A DNA stretch of 63,873 bases, filler included, from Nitrospinae bacterium RIFCSPLOWO2_12_FULL_45_22 (GTDB taxonomy: Bacteria; 2-12-FULL-45-22), in the NCBI GenBank assembly GCA_001803565.1. It is 6 parts of 6 records of this genome, joined end to end, with 100 filler letters (N's around TTAATTAATTAA, not from the genome) between each part and the next. Parts side by side here need not be neighbours in the genome. Positions count along the whole stretch, not along the records: positions 1 to 12,177 come from MHDQ01000201.1; positions 12,278 to 23,622 come from MHDQ01000203.1; 4 more parts are not named here. One strand, given 5' to 3'. Of this stretch, positions 9,595 through 18,703 are shown one piece after another. A model generated the notes under the pieces. It was not told the DNA's origin. It worked only from the letters and a program-made list of their open reading frames with translations, and did no database searches. The stretch's first letter is position 1. Each line of letters opens with the position of its first letter. A program made the translations under genes and the position numbers.

Positions 9595-10632
9595 ATGACT
9601 GACCAAAATGATACTATAGAAAACAAATTTAAGACCTTTCTTCGTACTAAGATACCAGGTGCCAGGGAGCTTACTTTAACCAATTTTACCAGAATGACCG
9701 AGGGTTTTTCCTATGAGACCTACCTAGTTGATGCTCAGTGGACAGAGGATAATAATATAGTCTCTCAAGGTTTTGCCATTAGAATGGTCCCCGAAGCTGG
9801 GGTCGTGGAGCCATACGACATTGAAGCCCATTACAAAATTTTAAAGGTAGTAGAAGATACACCAGTCCCGGCCCCGAAGCCCTACTGGTTAGTAATGGAT
9901 AGCCATATCTTGGGGAGGCCCTTTTTTGTTATGGAGAAAGTTGAAGGAGAAGTGCCCATACCGTTTGGGTTCAAAAATCATCCTATATTTAAAGACCCGG
10001 CAAAACGGCTAAAAATGGCAAGGAATTTGATCCAGGTCTTGGCTGATTACCAGTCTATTGACTGGCGCAAATGTAGAGAGTTCCTGCCCGTTCCACAAGA
10101 AGAGACCGATCCTGCCCGGATGGAGATTGAGCGATGGGAAAGGAATATTGAGAAATTTAAGATCTTCCCCCAGCCCTTTCTGAAGGAAGTAAACATCTGG
10201 CTAAAGAGAAATATGCCCAGAACTCCATTCTTTACCTTAACTCATGGTGACTTTAGGGTAGGTAACTTCATCTGGCGGGATGATAGGATAGTTGCCTTTT
10301 TAGATTGGGAAATGCCAGGTATTGGTGACCCTATGATGGACCTGGCATGGATTTGCTGGAAAATCTTCCGCCTTGACGATCCTAACCTGATGTGCATGTT
10401 GATAGAGCGGGAAGAGCTTTATCGTATTTACGAAGAGTTGACCGGGATACAAGTTGATGAAGAACGGATTTTTTATTGGGAGGTGTTTGCTAACTATAAG
10501 GCGGCCTCAATATTTATTAGTGGTGTCAGGGCCTTTAGCGATGGGAAAAATAGAGATGTGAGATTGATCTCTTTGCAAGAGTCTATCCATTATACCTGTC
10601 TTAAGGAGTTAACTGAGTTGCTTAATTTCTAA
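9595..10632 (+). CDS. APH-family phosphotransferase (ACAD10/11 kinase domain / LvaA-like), copy 2
   Basis: MTEGFSYET, AGVVEPYDI, PFFVMEKVEGEVPIP, THGDFRVGN, LDWEMPGIGDPMMDLAW; clear paralog of 8189..9208. Confidence 0.9.
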   Translation: MTDQNDTIENKFKTFLRTKIPGARELTLTNFTRMTEGFSYETYLVDAQWTEDNNIVSQGFAIRMVPEAGVVEPYDIEAHYKILKVVEDTPVPAPKPYWLVMDSHILGRPFFVMEKVEGEVPIPFGFKNHPIFKDPAKRLKMARNLIQVLADYQSIDWRKCREFLPVPQEETDPARMEIERWERNIEKFKIFPQPFLKEVNIWLKRNMPRTPFFTLTHGDFRVGNFIWRDDRIVAFLDWEMPGIGDPMMDLAWICWKIFRLDDPNLMCMLIEREELYRIYEELTGIQVDEERIFYWEVFANYKAASIFISGVRAFSDGKNRDVRLISLQESIHYTCLKELTELLNF

Positions 10633-10646
10633 AAGGGGGGTTTATA

Positions 10647-11153
10647 ATGCAACTCTTTATTGATCAGCTTTTGAAGGGAATTATTTATTCTCTCGATCAG
10701 GTAATCCTTCCTGGTCTCTCCTCTCCATATCTAAGGGCCCAAGCCATAGCTATTAGTTCCAGCCTAAGGAATTTAGCCACTAGACTTGCTTCCTTAGATC
10801 AAGTCTTAGGGTATCAAAATCATTCATTAAAATCTATATTTCAAAGCCTCGAAAAAATCATTGACTCATCCCCTGAACTCTCTAATGATAAGACTTCTAT
10901 GGGATTGAAGGAGAAAATTGAGGGGCAATGGGCCAAAATCTATGATACCAAACAGCTTTTAGCAGATGAAAATTATGATTTAAAATTGCTCCTCGAGGAG
11001 ATTATTGGGAGCTTATGGGAGATAGAGGATCGAATCGCCATTCAAAGCTTGAGAGAACTGCATGGTCAGATTCGTCAATTCCTTAAACAGGAAGTGGAGA
11101 CCGAATTAAGCCTCCTAACACCACCTGATATGGCGCAAGTTTCCAAGGGATAA
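10647..11153 (+). CDS. Helical hypothetical protein, LvaB-like partner, copy 2
   Basis: LLKGIIYSLDQVILPGLSSPYLRAQAIAI and a C-terminal IRQFLKQE...SKG parallel 7650..8171. Confidence 0.6.
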   Translation: MQLFIDQLLKGIIYSLDQVILPGLSSPYLRAQAIAISSSLRNLATRLASLDQVLGYQNHSLKSIFQSLEKIIDSSPELSNDKTSMGLKEKIEGQWAKIYDTKQLLADENYDLKLLLEEIIGSLWEIEDRIAIQSLRELHGQIRQFLKQEVETELSLLTPPDMAQVSKG

Positions 11154-11160
11154 GCCACAG

Positions 11161-11394
11161 ATGAGCCAACATGCCTTAGGCTTCGGTTTGCCGGAACATT
11201 CCAGAGAGCGGTATGAGGCGTATAGAAGATCACAACCCCTGAGGACTAAGGGAAGAGAACCTGCCTATTTTCTGGCGGGAGATATACCCAGCAACAATGG
11301 GATGGATCCTGATGAACCCGAGGCCAGAGGTAGAATAGGTGTTTGTGGTGTTAGTTTAAGCACCCTAAAAGATTTTTTGAAAAAGGGTGAGTAA
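11161..11394 (+). pseudogene. Second, divergent acyl-CoA mutase fragment
   Basis: GFGLPEHSRERYE...GDIPSNNGMDPDEPEARGRIGVCGVSLSTLKDF aligns with the mutase GFG..EE.NER...DLPT.MGYDSD.P.A.GEVG..GV.I.SL.DM segment; cut off by the convergent HAD gene. Confidence 0.65.
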
Positions 11395-12075
11395 TTCATC
11401 AACACTCTTAATAGATAGGCAATCTAAATCATTATAATACCCTAAAGGATCAACCAGGACGGGGAATATACCGGCCCTTACAGCCCCCAATACATCAACG
11501 GGATATATATCACCCACATGGACAGCTTCATAAGGCTGAACACCCGCCCGTTCTAAAGCCAAGAAAAAGATCCGGGGATCAGGTTTCTCATAATTTACTT
11601 CTTTTGAGTCAATAATGAAATGAAAATAAGGTGTTAGCCCAAATTTATCCAGGGCTTTCCGGAGATTACCATCGGCATTGGATACAATACCAAGAATGTA
11701 GCCCCATTTTTGGAGGAGTTTCAAGGTAGTATAAGTACTTGGTGAGATGTTATTAAAGAGCTCTGCAATAGTCCCTCTGCTATTCACTAATTCCCTTGTC
11801 TTTGCTAAATCGGCTTCCGGGAGGCCCATTTCATGGAAGATAACATCGAAATATAGTATTAATGGCTGGGGATGAGCATCTTCTCCTACGGTTTTAAGCA
11901 CCTTAGCTAGTTTATCCTTGGCCCGGTACTCAGCTAACATAAAGTCTCTCTCTTCTATAAAAATACCCAATTTTGCTAAGCTCTGGCGCAATTTATTATA
12001 GTTGGGGAATATCAGGGTATTCCCGGCATCAAAAAGTATAGCCCTTATTTGTCTTGGATCCCATTGTGCTCTCAT
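11365..12075 (-). CDS. HAD-IA family hydrolase
   Basis: ILFDAGNTL, IVSNAD, KPDPRIF, HVGDIYPVDVLGA. Confidence 0.9.
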   Translation of the reverse strand: MRAQWDPRQIRAILFDAGNTLIFPNYNKLRQSLAKLGIFIEERDFMLAEYRAKDKLAKVLKTVGEDAHPQPLILYFDVIFHEMGLPEADLAKTRELVNSRGTIAELFNNISPSTYTTLKLLQKWGYILGIVSNADGNLRKALDKFGLTPYFHFIIDSKEVNYEKPDPRIFFLALERAGVQPYEAVHVGDIYPVDVLGAVRAGIFPVLVDPLGYYNDLDCLSIKSVDELLTLFQKIF

Positions 12076-12177
12076 AATATATTCTCACGACTTTATTAGA
12101 TTGAGTTGTATTTGTGCAAAAATGTTTTTGCATCCTTTTCCCATGAAGCGGTATATTATCAAAAGGAAATGTAAGGG

Positions 12178-12277
12178 NNNNNNNNNNNNNNNNNNNNNNN
12201 NNNNNNNNNNNNNNNNNNNNNTTAATTAATTAANNNNNNNNNNNNNNNNNNNNNNNNNNNNNNNNNNNNNNNNNNNN
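12178..12277. other. Artificial contig linker
   Basis: N-run/TTAATTAATTAA/N-run, 100 bp. Confidence 0.97.
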
Positions 12278-12347
12278 ATAAAGGGGAAAGATAGGTGCCA
12301 AGGTTTAACCTACCCTTGTCGGGGCTAGCTTCCCTATCCCCTTTATG

Positions 12348-12830
12348 TTACTGTGATATGGTGAATGAATAATACTTTTTCTTACCTAATCCCGGCACCT
12401 GATAGACCTTCATCCCTTGCTTAATATCGCAAGGAAATACCGGTACCAGCTCTATAATCTTGCCTTTAGCTAACACCAATAGGATATTAGTGAATACCTC
12501 AGTATCCGCTATCCCCAGGGCCTCCTGGAATAGTGATAAAGGATAGATACTCTTGGGTAAGTTTAGCCGCCGCCTCTCTGCTAGCTCTTTTATCTTCTCT
12601 ACAATGGGATCCAAAGGCTTTATCTCTATGGGTTCCTCATCCTCAAAAAAATCTTCCATACTAACCTTAAGGGCTTTTGCTATCCGCCTTAATGGTTCTG
12701 CCATAGGTTCCCTTTTTCCGGCTTCATAAGAGGCTATTGTCATTAAATGCAGGTCAGCTATCTTAGCCAGTTCTTTTCGGGTAAGCCTATTTTCCTTTCT
12801 AATCTTTTTTAACTTTTCCTTATTAAACAT
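12348..12830 (-). CDS. XRE-family HTH transcriptional regulator
   Basis: LKKIRKENRLTRKELAKIADLHLMTIASYEAGKREP...RIAKALKVSMEDF. Confidence 0.85.
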   Translation of the reverse strand: MFNKEKLKKIRKENRLTRKELAKIADLHLMTIASYEAGKREPMAEPLRRIAKALKVSMEDFFEDEEPIEIKPLDPIVEKIKELAERRRLNLPKSIYPLSLFQEALGIADTEVFTNILLVLAKGKIIELVPVFPCDIKQGMKVYQVPGLGKKKYYSFTISQ

Positions 12831-12848
12831 AGAGACCTCATTATTTAA

Positions 12849-12906
12849 TTACAAATGAATATATATAATAAGACAAATGTAATTATTTGTCAAGATAAAT
12901 TTGTAA
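12849..12906. promoter_or_regulatory. Putative XRE operator: nested ACAAAT/ATTTGT inverted repeats
   Basis: GACAAAT-N6-ATTTGTC at 12872-12891, flanked by TTACAAAT (12849) and ATTTGTAA (12899), just upstream of the XRE gene. Confidence 0.45.
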
Positions 12907-13086
12907 CCTATCCAGCTTATTTTAGAAGTTAGATGTTTTCACTTGCGAGGGTGTTTCATGCATGGGTAGTGGACTTAGGCTGGTGAAAAATTCCTATTGA
13001 CAGCCAATCGTTTCTTTGATTTAATTGGTTCCAGTATAAAGTCTCGCCTAGGAGCTTCTCTCTGAATACTCTAATAGGAGAGCAAG

Positions 13087-16000
13087 ATGGGCAGAGCAGT
13101 TTCCCTACCTAAATTATCCCTGAGACCTTGCCTGGCAATGGCTATAATCACATTCCTCCTGCTTCTCACCCCTAATAGCACTCTGGCTGCTGTAACCGGT
13201 AGCTTGAAACTGACTGATGCAAGCTGGCAGGATAAGACTATCTATCGAACTGGGGAGACTTTGTATATCCAGGTAACCGATACTGATGAGAATGAGGATA
13301 GTACGGTTAAAGATAGCTTGAGTGTATCAGTAGCAAGTAATACCGAGGCCACAGCAGAAACCGTTACCCTGACTGAGACCGGTATTTCTACCGGGGTTTT
13401 TCAGGGCTCCATAGACCTGGATGACAAAGGGGGTGTCGTGGCAGATGGGAAGCTGCAAGTTACTTTTGGTGGCGATAAGATAACGGTTACCTATAAAGAC
13501 CTTACCGATGACTGGAGCAACACCATAACTATCGTTAAGACAGCCGATTTCCTTGGTAAGGCCATTGGCGGTAATATTTCAACCGATACTACCTGGACTA
13601 AGGCCAATAGTCCTTATATTGTCAGCGATGATGTTTTTGTGAAGCCCGGTGTTCTCTTGTCCATAGAGCCTGGGGTAGAGGTAATGTTCATGTCCGGGTC
13701 AGGACTGTTTATCGCTGGAACTTTAAGGGCTATGGGCACCCCTAGCAAACTGATAAGATTTGCCTCCTATGCCGAGTCACCAACCCCCGGTGATTGGGGT
13801 GGTATTATAGTGCAGGGGGAGGCAGAGATGGGGCAAAATGGCAAGGCCACATTGCAATATTGTATTATAACCGAAGGAAAGTATGGCATTGGCTCAAGTG
13901 GTAATGGGTATGGTGGTATGAATCCAAGTGCTACTATAAGCAATAGTATGCTAAGTAATAATGTGGTGGGTATTTCTTTTGGAAATTATCCTGGTGGAAA
14001 TTTTAGTTTGTACGTAATAAATAGCATTATTTCTCAAAATGAGGGTACTGGCATTGGCTTTGGAGGAAGTAATTGTTCACTAGAGAATAACAACATATCT
14101 GACAATAAGGGAACAGGTATCAATTTAATATACCAAATTCACACTGGAACAATCACAATAAAAAATAATTACATATCTGGCAATAAGGGAGATGGTGTCA
14201 CTGGAAATATAGGCTCCACAAAAATAGCGAACATAGAAAATAATCGCATAATCGGCAATCATGAATATGGTATCTATTGCTTTGGTGCAACAATAAAGAA
14301 TAATCATATAATGGGAAATAATGGAGGTGTTGTCGGAGATGACCTAATAGTCGAGAATAATTACATATTTAGTAATTTTGCTTTTGGCGTCAACACAGGG
14401 GGTAGCTGGGGTAGCTCTACAATAAAGAATAATTACATATCTGGTAATAAGGGGTATGGTGTCAACACTTACAAATCCGGGCCGCTAATAGCTTATAACA
14501 GCATCATTGCTAATAATGCCTGGGGCATTTACCATGATTGGGGTTCTAGCTCGACGGTTAACTATAATAATCTGCATAGCAACGGTTCCTACGATTTTTA
14601 TAACAAGTCTTCTGCCGACAATGTCAATGCCAAATACAACTACTGGGGGAGCAAAACGACCCAGGAGCTGAATTCTGGGGGTAATCCTAAAGATATCAGT
14701 ACTATCTGGGACTATTTTGATGGTGGCAGCGACAATGGTATGGTGAATTACTCTAATTGGCTAAACAATATTACCCTACTCCCCCCTACCGCTGTTATGT
14801 TTACGCCAGGAGATAATGCCATTGACTTGTCCTGGGCAGGGAGTGAAGGGGCCGCTGGATACTACCTTTACTATGGCCTATCCTCTGGTACCTATTACGC
14901 TCCTATAGATGTTGGTAATAATACCAGCTACCAGTTGACAGGCTTGTCCAATAATACTACTTACTATATAGCTTTGACTGCTTACGATGGTCCGAGGAAT
15001 GAGAGTGCCTATTCTTATGAAATAATGGTAACTACCGGCAAGGTAACTATCGGTCCATTTCCAGGCAATAATAAACCCAACACCCCTAGCAATCCCTCCC
15101 CGCCTGATGGTGCTCTTAATCAATCCATAAATACCATCCTGACCTGGCACGGGGGTGACCCTGATGCCGATGATACCGTTACTTATGATATATATTTTGC
15201 CCCTGACAGTAGTCGCCCTTCCTTGGTGAAGAGTGGACACGGTACCAATAGCTATAACCCTGGTATCCTCGATTATTCCACTACCTATTATTGGCAAATA
15301 GTGGCCAAGGATAAATATGGAGCAACGGATGTCGGACCGATCTGGGTTTTCATGACTGGGTCTGCCTCTAATAACCCACCGAATACCCCCAGCTATCCTT
15401 CTCCCGCAGATGGCTCTACCAACCAATCTATCAATACCACCCTGACTTGGCAAGGTGGTGACCCAGATACAGAGGATACTGTTACTTATGATATATATTT
15501 TGGCACTAGTTCCACACCTTCATTAGTTGCTAGCGATCTTACTACCACCAGCTATAATCCTGGTACTCTGGCCTATTCTACTACCTATTATTGGCAGATT
15601 GTGGCAAAAGATAACCACGGAGCCACTACTACTAGTTCGATATGGAAATTTACCACCGCTGCTACCCTTAGCAATAATCCACCAAATACCCCCTCTAGCC
15701 CCAATCCTTCTGATGGTGCTACGAACCAGCCTATTGATCTTACCCTTAGTTGGAGCGGAGGTGACCCTGACGCTGGAGATTCGGTTAGCTATAATCTCTA
15801 TTTTGGAACTAGCAGTAGCCCTCCTCTGGTTAAGAGTAATCTAAGCGAGGCTAGCTATAGCCCCGGTACCTTGGCTTATGGCACTAAATATTACTGGCGG
15901 GTAGTAGCTAAGGACAATCATGGGGCCGAGGCCGGGGGGCCAGTCTGGATTTTTGAAACTAGCCCTGCTCCTAATAATCCACCTTATACCCCCAGCAGTC

Positions 16001-16986
16001 CGTCTCCAGCTAATGGTGCAACCGTGGCATCCATCAGCCTGAGGTTAAGCTGGAATGGGGGTGACCCCGATACAGGAGATTCGGTGGCTTATGATGTCTA
16101 TTGGGATGGTGCAGGTAATAACCCTGATCCACCCCTCTGGGCAAGCAACCAGAGGGATACTACCGTTGATGTGATCCCTATCCGGAACCCTTCTACTGTT
16201 TATTACTGGAAGATTGTAGCTAAAGATAATCATGGCGCCACTAGCACTAGCCCAATATGGAAATTTACTACCGCAGAGGTCCTTACTAACCCACCCAATA
16301 CCCCTACCGGCTTGAAGGCTACCGTAGCGGGTAAGGCCGTACATATCCAATGGCAGGCAAATAGTGAGTCCAACCTGGATCATTATAACCTCTATCTAGG
16401 TAATACCTCCAAAGGCTATAATCTATCTGGCAGCCCCTTCAATGTAGGCAATGTTACCTCCCTTACTGCCTCAGACGTCCCCGAAGGGACCTATTACCTG
16501 GCCCTGAGTGCGGTCAATAGTGCTGGCCTGGAGAGTAGCCTATCAGAAGAGATAAAGGTAGTGGTAGGTGCTGAGCCCACCATTACCATAAGCAGCAATG
16601 CGAGTAGCTATTCCCCAGGGGATACTTTTAGCCTTTCATTTGGCCTCAGTAATCCTACTACTACTACTCAGATAGTAGATGTCTTTATGGGAATTATTGC
16701 GCCAGATGGTAGTCTCTACTTTTTCGACTCTACTCCCTTTCTACCCAACCTGATACCAGCTAAGGTAGATGATCCAAGAACCTTTGTCCCAGCCAGTACA
16801 TCTCTACAACTCAGCCCAGGATACGATTTCCCTTTGACCCCATTCTTTTCTGTAACATTGCCGACCGGCTTACCAGAGGGTACTTATCAGGCCTTTGCTG
16901 CCTTAGCTGAGCCCGGCTCTGTGCAGGCCGGTTCCCCTAAGATAATGGGGGATGTCAGTATTAGTTCCTTCACCTATTCTCCTTAA
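13087..16986 (+). CDS. Large secreted or surface protein: signal peptide, parallel beta-helix (pectin-lyase/NosD-like), FN3 domains, four tandem FN3-like repeats, Ig-like C-terminal domain
   Basis: Hydrophobic signal ending in STLA; GNISTDTTWTKANSPYIV; repeated NNxISxNxGxG; LTGLSNNTTYYIALTAYD; four NNPPNTPSxPSPxDG...YYWQIVAKD modules. Confidence 0.85.
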   Translation: MGRAVSLPKLSLRPCLAMAIITFLLLLTPNSTLAAVTGSLKLTDASWQDKTIYRTGETLYIQVTDTDENEDSTVKDSLSVSVASNTEATAETVTLTETGISTGVFQGSIDLDDKGGVVADGKLQVTFGGDKITVTYKDLTDDWSNTITIVKTADFLGKAIGGNISTDTTWTKANSPYIVSDDVFVKPGVLLSIEPGVEVMFMSGSGLFIAGTLRAMGTPSKLIRFASYAESPTPGDWGGIIVQGEAEMGQNGKATLQYCIITEGKYGIGSSGNGYGGMNPSATISNSMLSNNVVGISFGNYPGGNFSLYVINSIISQNEGTGIGFGGSNCSLENNNISDNKGTGINLIYQIHTGTITIKNNYISGNKGDGVTGNIGSTKIANIENNRIIGNHEYGIYCFGATIKNNHIMGNNGGVVGDDLIVENNYIFSNFAFGVNTGGSWGSSTIKNNYISGNKGYGVNTYKSGPLIAYNSIIANNAWGIYHDWGSSSTVNYNNLHSNGSYDFYNKSSADNVNAKYNYWGSKTTQELNSGGNPKDISTIWDYFDGGSDNGMVNYSNWLNNITLLPPTAVMFTPGDNAIDLSWAGSEGAAGYYLYYGLSSGTYYAPIDVGNNTSYQLTGLSNNTTYYIALTAYDGPRNESAYSYEIMVTTGKVTIGPFPGNNKPNTPSNPSPPDGALNQSINTILTWHGGDPDADDTVTYDIYFAPDSSRPSLVKSGHGTNSYNPGILDYSTTYYWQIVAKDKYGATDVGPIWVFMTGSASNNPPNTPSYPSPADGSTNQSINTTLTWQGGDPDTEDTVTYDIYFGTSSTPSLVASDLTTTSYNPGTLAYSTTYYWQIVAKDNHGATTTSSIWKFTTAATLSNNPPNTPSSPNPSDGATNQPIDLTLSWSGGDPDAGDSVSYNLYFGTSSSPPLVKSNLSEASYSPGTLAYGTKYYWRVVAKDNHGAEAGGPVWIFETSPAPNNPPYTPSSPSPANGATVASISLRLSWNGGDPDTGDSVAYDVYWDGAGNNPDPPLWASNQRDTTVDVIPIRNPSTVYYWKIVAKDNHGATSTSPIWKFTTAEVLTNPPNTPTGLKATVAGKAVHIQWQANSESNLDHYNLYLGNTSKGYNLSGSPFNVGNVTSLTASDVPEGTYYLALSAVNSAGLESSLSEEIKVVVGAEPTITISSNASSYSPGDTFSLSFGLSNPTTTTQIVDVFMGIIAPDGSLYFFDSTPFLPNLIPAKVDDPRTFVPASTSLQLSPGYDFPLTPFFSVTLPTGLPEGTYQAFAALAEPGSVQAGSPKIMGDVSISSFTYSP
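15067..16275 (+). repeat. Four ~300-bp intragenic repeats encoding FN3-like modules (boundaries approximate)
   Basis: NN(K/P)PNTPS..SP.DG...L.W.GGDPD..D.V.Y..YF...YYW..VAKD..GA.....W.F.T repeated four times. Confidence 0.85.
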
Positions 16987-17013
16987 AGGCAGTAAATATT
17001 ACCCGTAGGTTAT

Positions 17014-17113
17014 CCCTACAACGTCACTTATAGCTTTTAATACAATATATTGTGTATCAAATTTAAATTAGCTACAAGATGCTGTATGATAACTGCTAAG
17101 TGGCGTTGTAGGG
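17014..17113. mobile_element. 100-bp MITE with 17-bp TIRs and a 4-bp target duplication (TTAT), carrying two NrdR-box-like sites
   Basis: CCCTACAACGTCACTTA / TAAGTGGCGTTGTAGGG (1 mismatch); TTAT at 17010-17013 and 17114-17117. Confidence 0.75.
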
Positions 17114-17276
17114 TTATACAGGCTTTAAATCAGTCCAGGGTCACCATTGCCCTTTTGCTTGGAGGTAGTAGCCAAAATGAGGAAATACCTTAGGGAAATC
17201 ACCCAAGAGGCAGGCAGAAAAAACCTATTTAAGGAAGAGCATAATTCTTGGCTTAACTAATAGGGAGGGTAGTGTT

Positions 17277-17651
17277 ATGAAGAAGATTTTATTAATAGCA
17301 GCAATACTTTCTCTAACAATAACGGCTGAAGCAATAGCTGGAGAATATGACGGGTTTTGGGTTACGGCAGTTTTACCCAATGAAGGCTTTTTTATTAGGA
17401 ATAATGAAGGCTTTGTCGTAGTTGTAAGGTTATCAGGGCCTTTTTGGGAAGCATACGCGGGGCCTATTTCCAATAATTCAGCAGTAATAACCACGCTTCT
17501 AACTTCTGACTTTTTTTACAGTGTTAATGTCAGTGTAACCTTATCCTTTACTTCCACAACTTCTGGGAAAGTACGAATAAATTTTTGTAGCCCAGTTCAG
17601 GATTGCCTATTTCCTAGTGGTACTGTTTTTCAGATTGAAAAGATTTTTTAA
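17277..17651 (+). CDS. Secreted hypothetical protein
   Basis: MKKILLIAAILSLTITAEA signal peptide; GGGAGG RBS. Confidence 0.65.
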   Translation: MKKILLIAAILSLTITAEAIAGEYDGFWVTAVLPNEGFFIRNNEGFVVVVRLSGPFWEAYAGPISNNSAVITTLLTSDFFYSVNVSVTLSFTSTTSGKVRINFCSPVQDCLFPSGTVFQIEKIF

Positions 17652-17693
17652 CTGAAATTTTCTCTCTCCAAAAGTACGAGAGGAGGTCTTACC

Positions 17694-17960
17694 ATGAAGA
17701 AGGTAGCTAATATGAAAAGAAATATCAAGATAGCAGTAATAGCCCTGATCTTGTGTTTTGCCTTAACCGCCTTTACCCAGGCGCAGGAGAAGCAGTATTA
17801 TGTTGGTTCTGCCAAGAGTACTAAGTATCATTACACCTGGTGCAAGTGGGCAAAGAAGATTAAGCAAGATAATCTGGTAGTATTTCATAGCGTTAAAGAG
17901 GCCCAGGATGCCGGATATATCCCATGCAAAGTCTGTACCCCACCATTAGAGGAGCCCTGA
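17694..17960 (+). CDS. Secreted Ada-type metal-binding domain protein
   Basis: Signal peptide followed by YVGSAKSTKYHYTWC...FHSVKEAQDAGYIPCKVC. Confidence 0.8.
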   Translation: MKKVANMKRNIKIAVIALILCFALTAFTQAQEKQYYVGSAKSTKYHYTWCKWAKKIKQDNLVVFHSVKEAQDAGYIPCKVCTPPLEEP

Positions 17961-18079
17961 AGCAAAGGAATAATCTGAACATAAGGCGCAAAACGAGGTC
18001 AAATAGAGGAGTTTTGCTTTCTCCGAGGGATAAAGTATGGGTCAGGATAGGAATCCTTTTCAAAACGCAAATATGGAGG

Positions 18080-18175
18080 CTAGTTCTCTCTCCTGGTAGC
18101 CAGGTAACTCATGAGAGCAATAAGAAGGGCCGTACCTCCAAAAATAATTATCGCACTGAGAGTATGGCTATCCAT
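18080..18175 (-). CDS. 31-aa single-TM peptide
   Basis: MDSHTLSAIIIFGGTALLIALMSYLATRREN, preceded by an AAGGTGA RBS, just after the RelE gene. Confidence 0.5.
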   Translation of the reverse strand: MDSHTLSAIIIFGGTALLIALMSYLATRREN

Positions 18176-18209
18176 TTTTATCACCTTGTATAAAGGAAAT
18201 AGCATCCCA

Positions 18210-18464
18210 TTATTTCCTATAAAAGGAAAGAAGGGTAACAGCTTCACCGATAACCTCATACATACAACGCCAAAGAGGAGTGAGCTTGAACCGATATTGA
18301 TTAGCGTATCCACTTTTGTACTTCTTTATGACACCTTTCCCTGGGTGTCTGAAGGGATCCCTTTCCAAATGAGAGATCATAGTATCAGCTTCCTTTTGCA
18401 AATTAGGAGGGAGCTTTTTATATTCCCTTTCAGCTCTCGGTGTCCATAGTACCCGATATGTCAT
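18210..18464 (-). CDS. RelE/ParE-family toxin
   Basis: YRVLWTPRAEREYKKLP...YRFKL...WRCMYEV; overlaps the upstream gene by 4 bp. Confidence 0.75.
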   Translation of the reverse strand: MTYRVLWTPRAEREYKKLPPNLQKEADTMISHLERDPFRHPGKGVIKKYKSGYANQYRFKLTPLWRCMYEVIGEAVTLLSFYRK

Positions 18465-18703
18465 GGCCTAACTGGTTTGGCCTTACCTGCCCTGGCTTCT
18501 GCAATTGAGGCATCAATCTCTCTTTTAAGCTCAGGGTGGGCATAGATATAAGCGGTCTCTTCCCAATCATCCAGGAGCTCCTCGGCTTTAGAGGTATCGC
18601 CATTCTTTGCTACTTCTTGCAATGTCTGGCGCAATTCCAGGATAAATTGCTCCAGGTCTTCTTTAGGCAAACAGGGAATCCATGTTGTTTCCAATGTCTC
18701 CAT
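18461..18703 (-). CDS. Cognate antitoxin
   Basis: Acidic 80-aa protein with DDWEETAYIYAHPELKREIDASIAEARAGK, resembling Phd/YefM C-termini; directly upstream of the toxin. Confidence 0.7.
   Translation of the reverse strand: METLETTWIPCLPKEDLEQFILELRQTLQEVAKNGDTSKAEELLDDWEETAYIYAHPELKREIDASIAEARAGKAKPVRP

Noticed and set aside
15067-16275. Periodic repeats that might suggest a CRISPR array
   Set aside because: They are ~300-bp degenerate coding repeats. No CRISPR array or cas gene was seen anywhere in the window.
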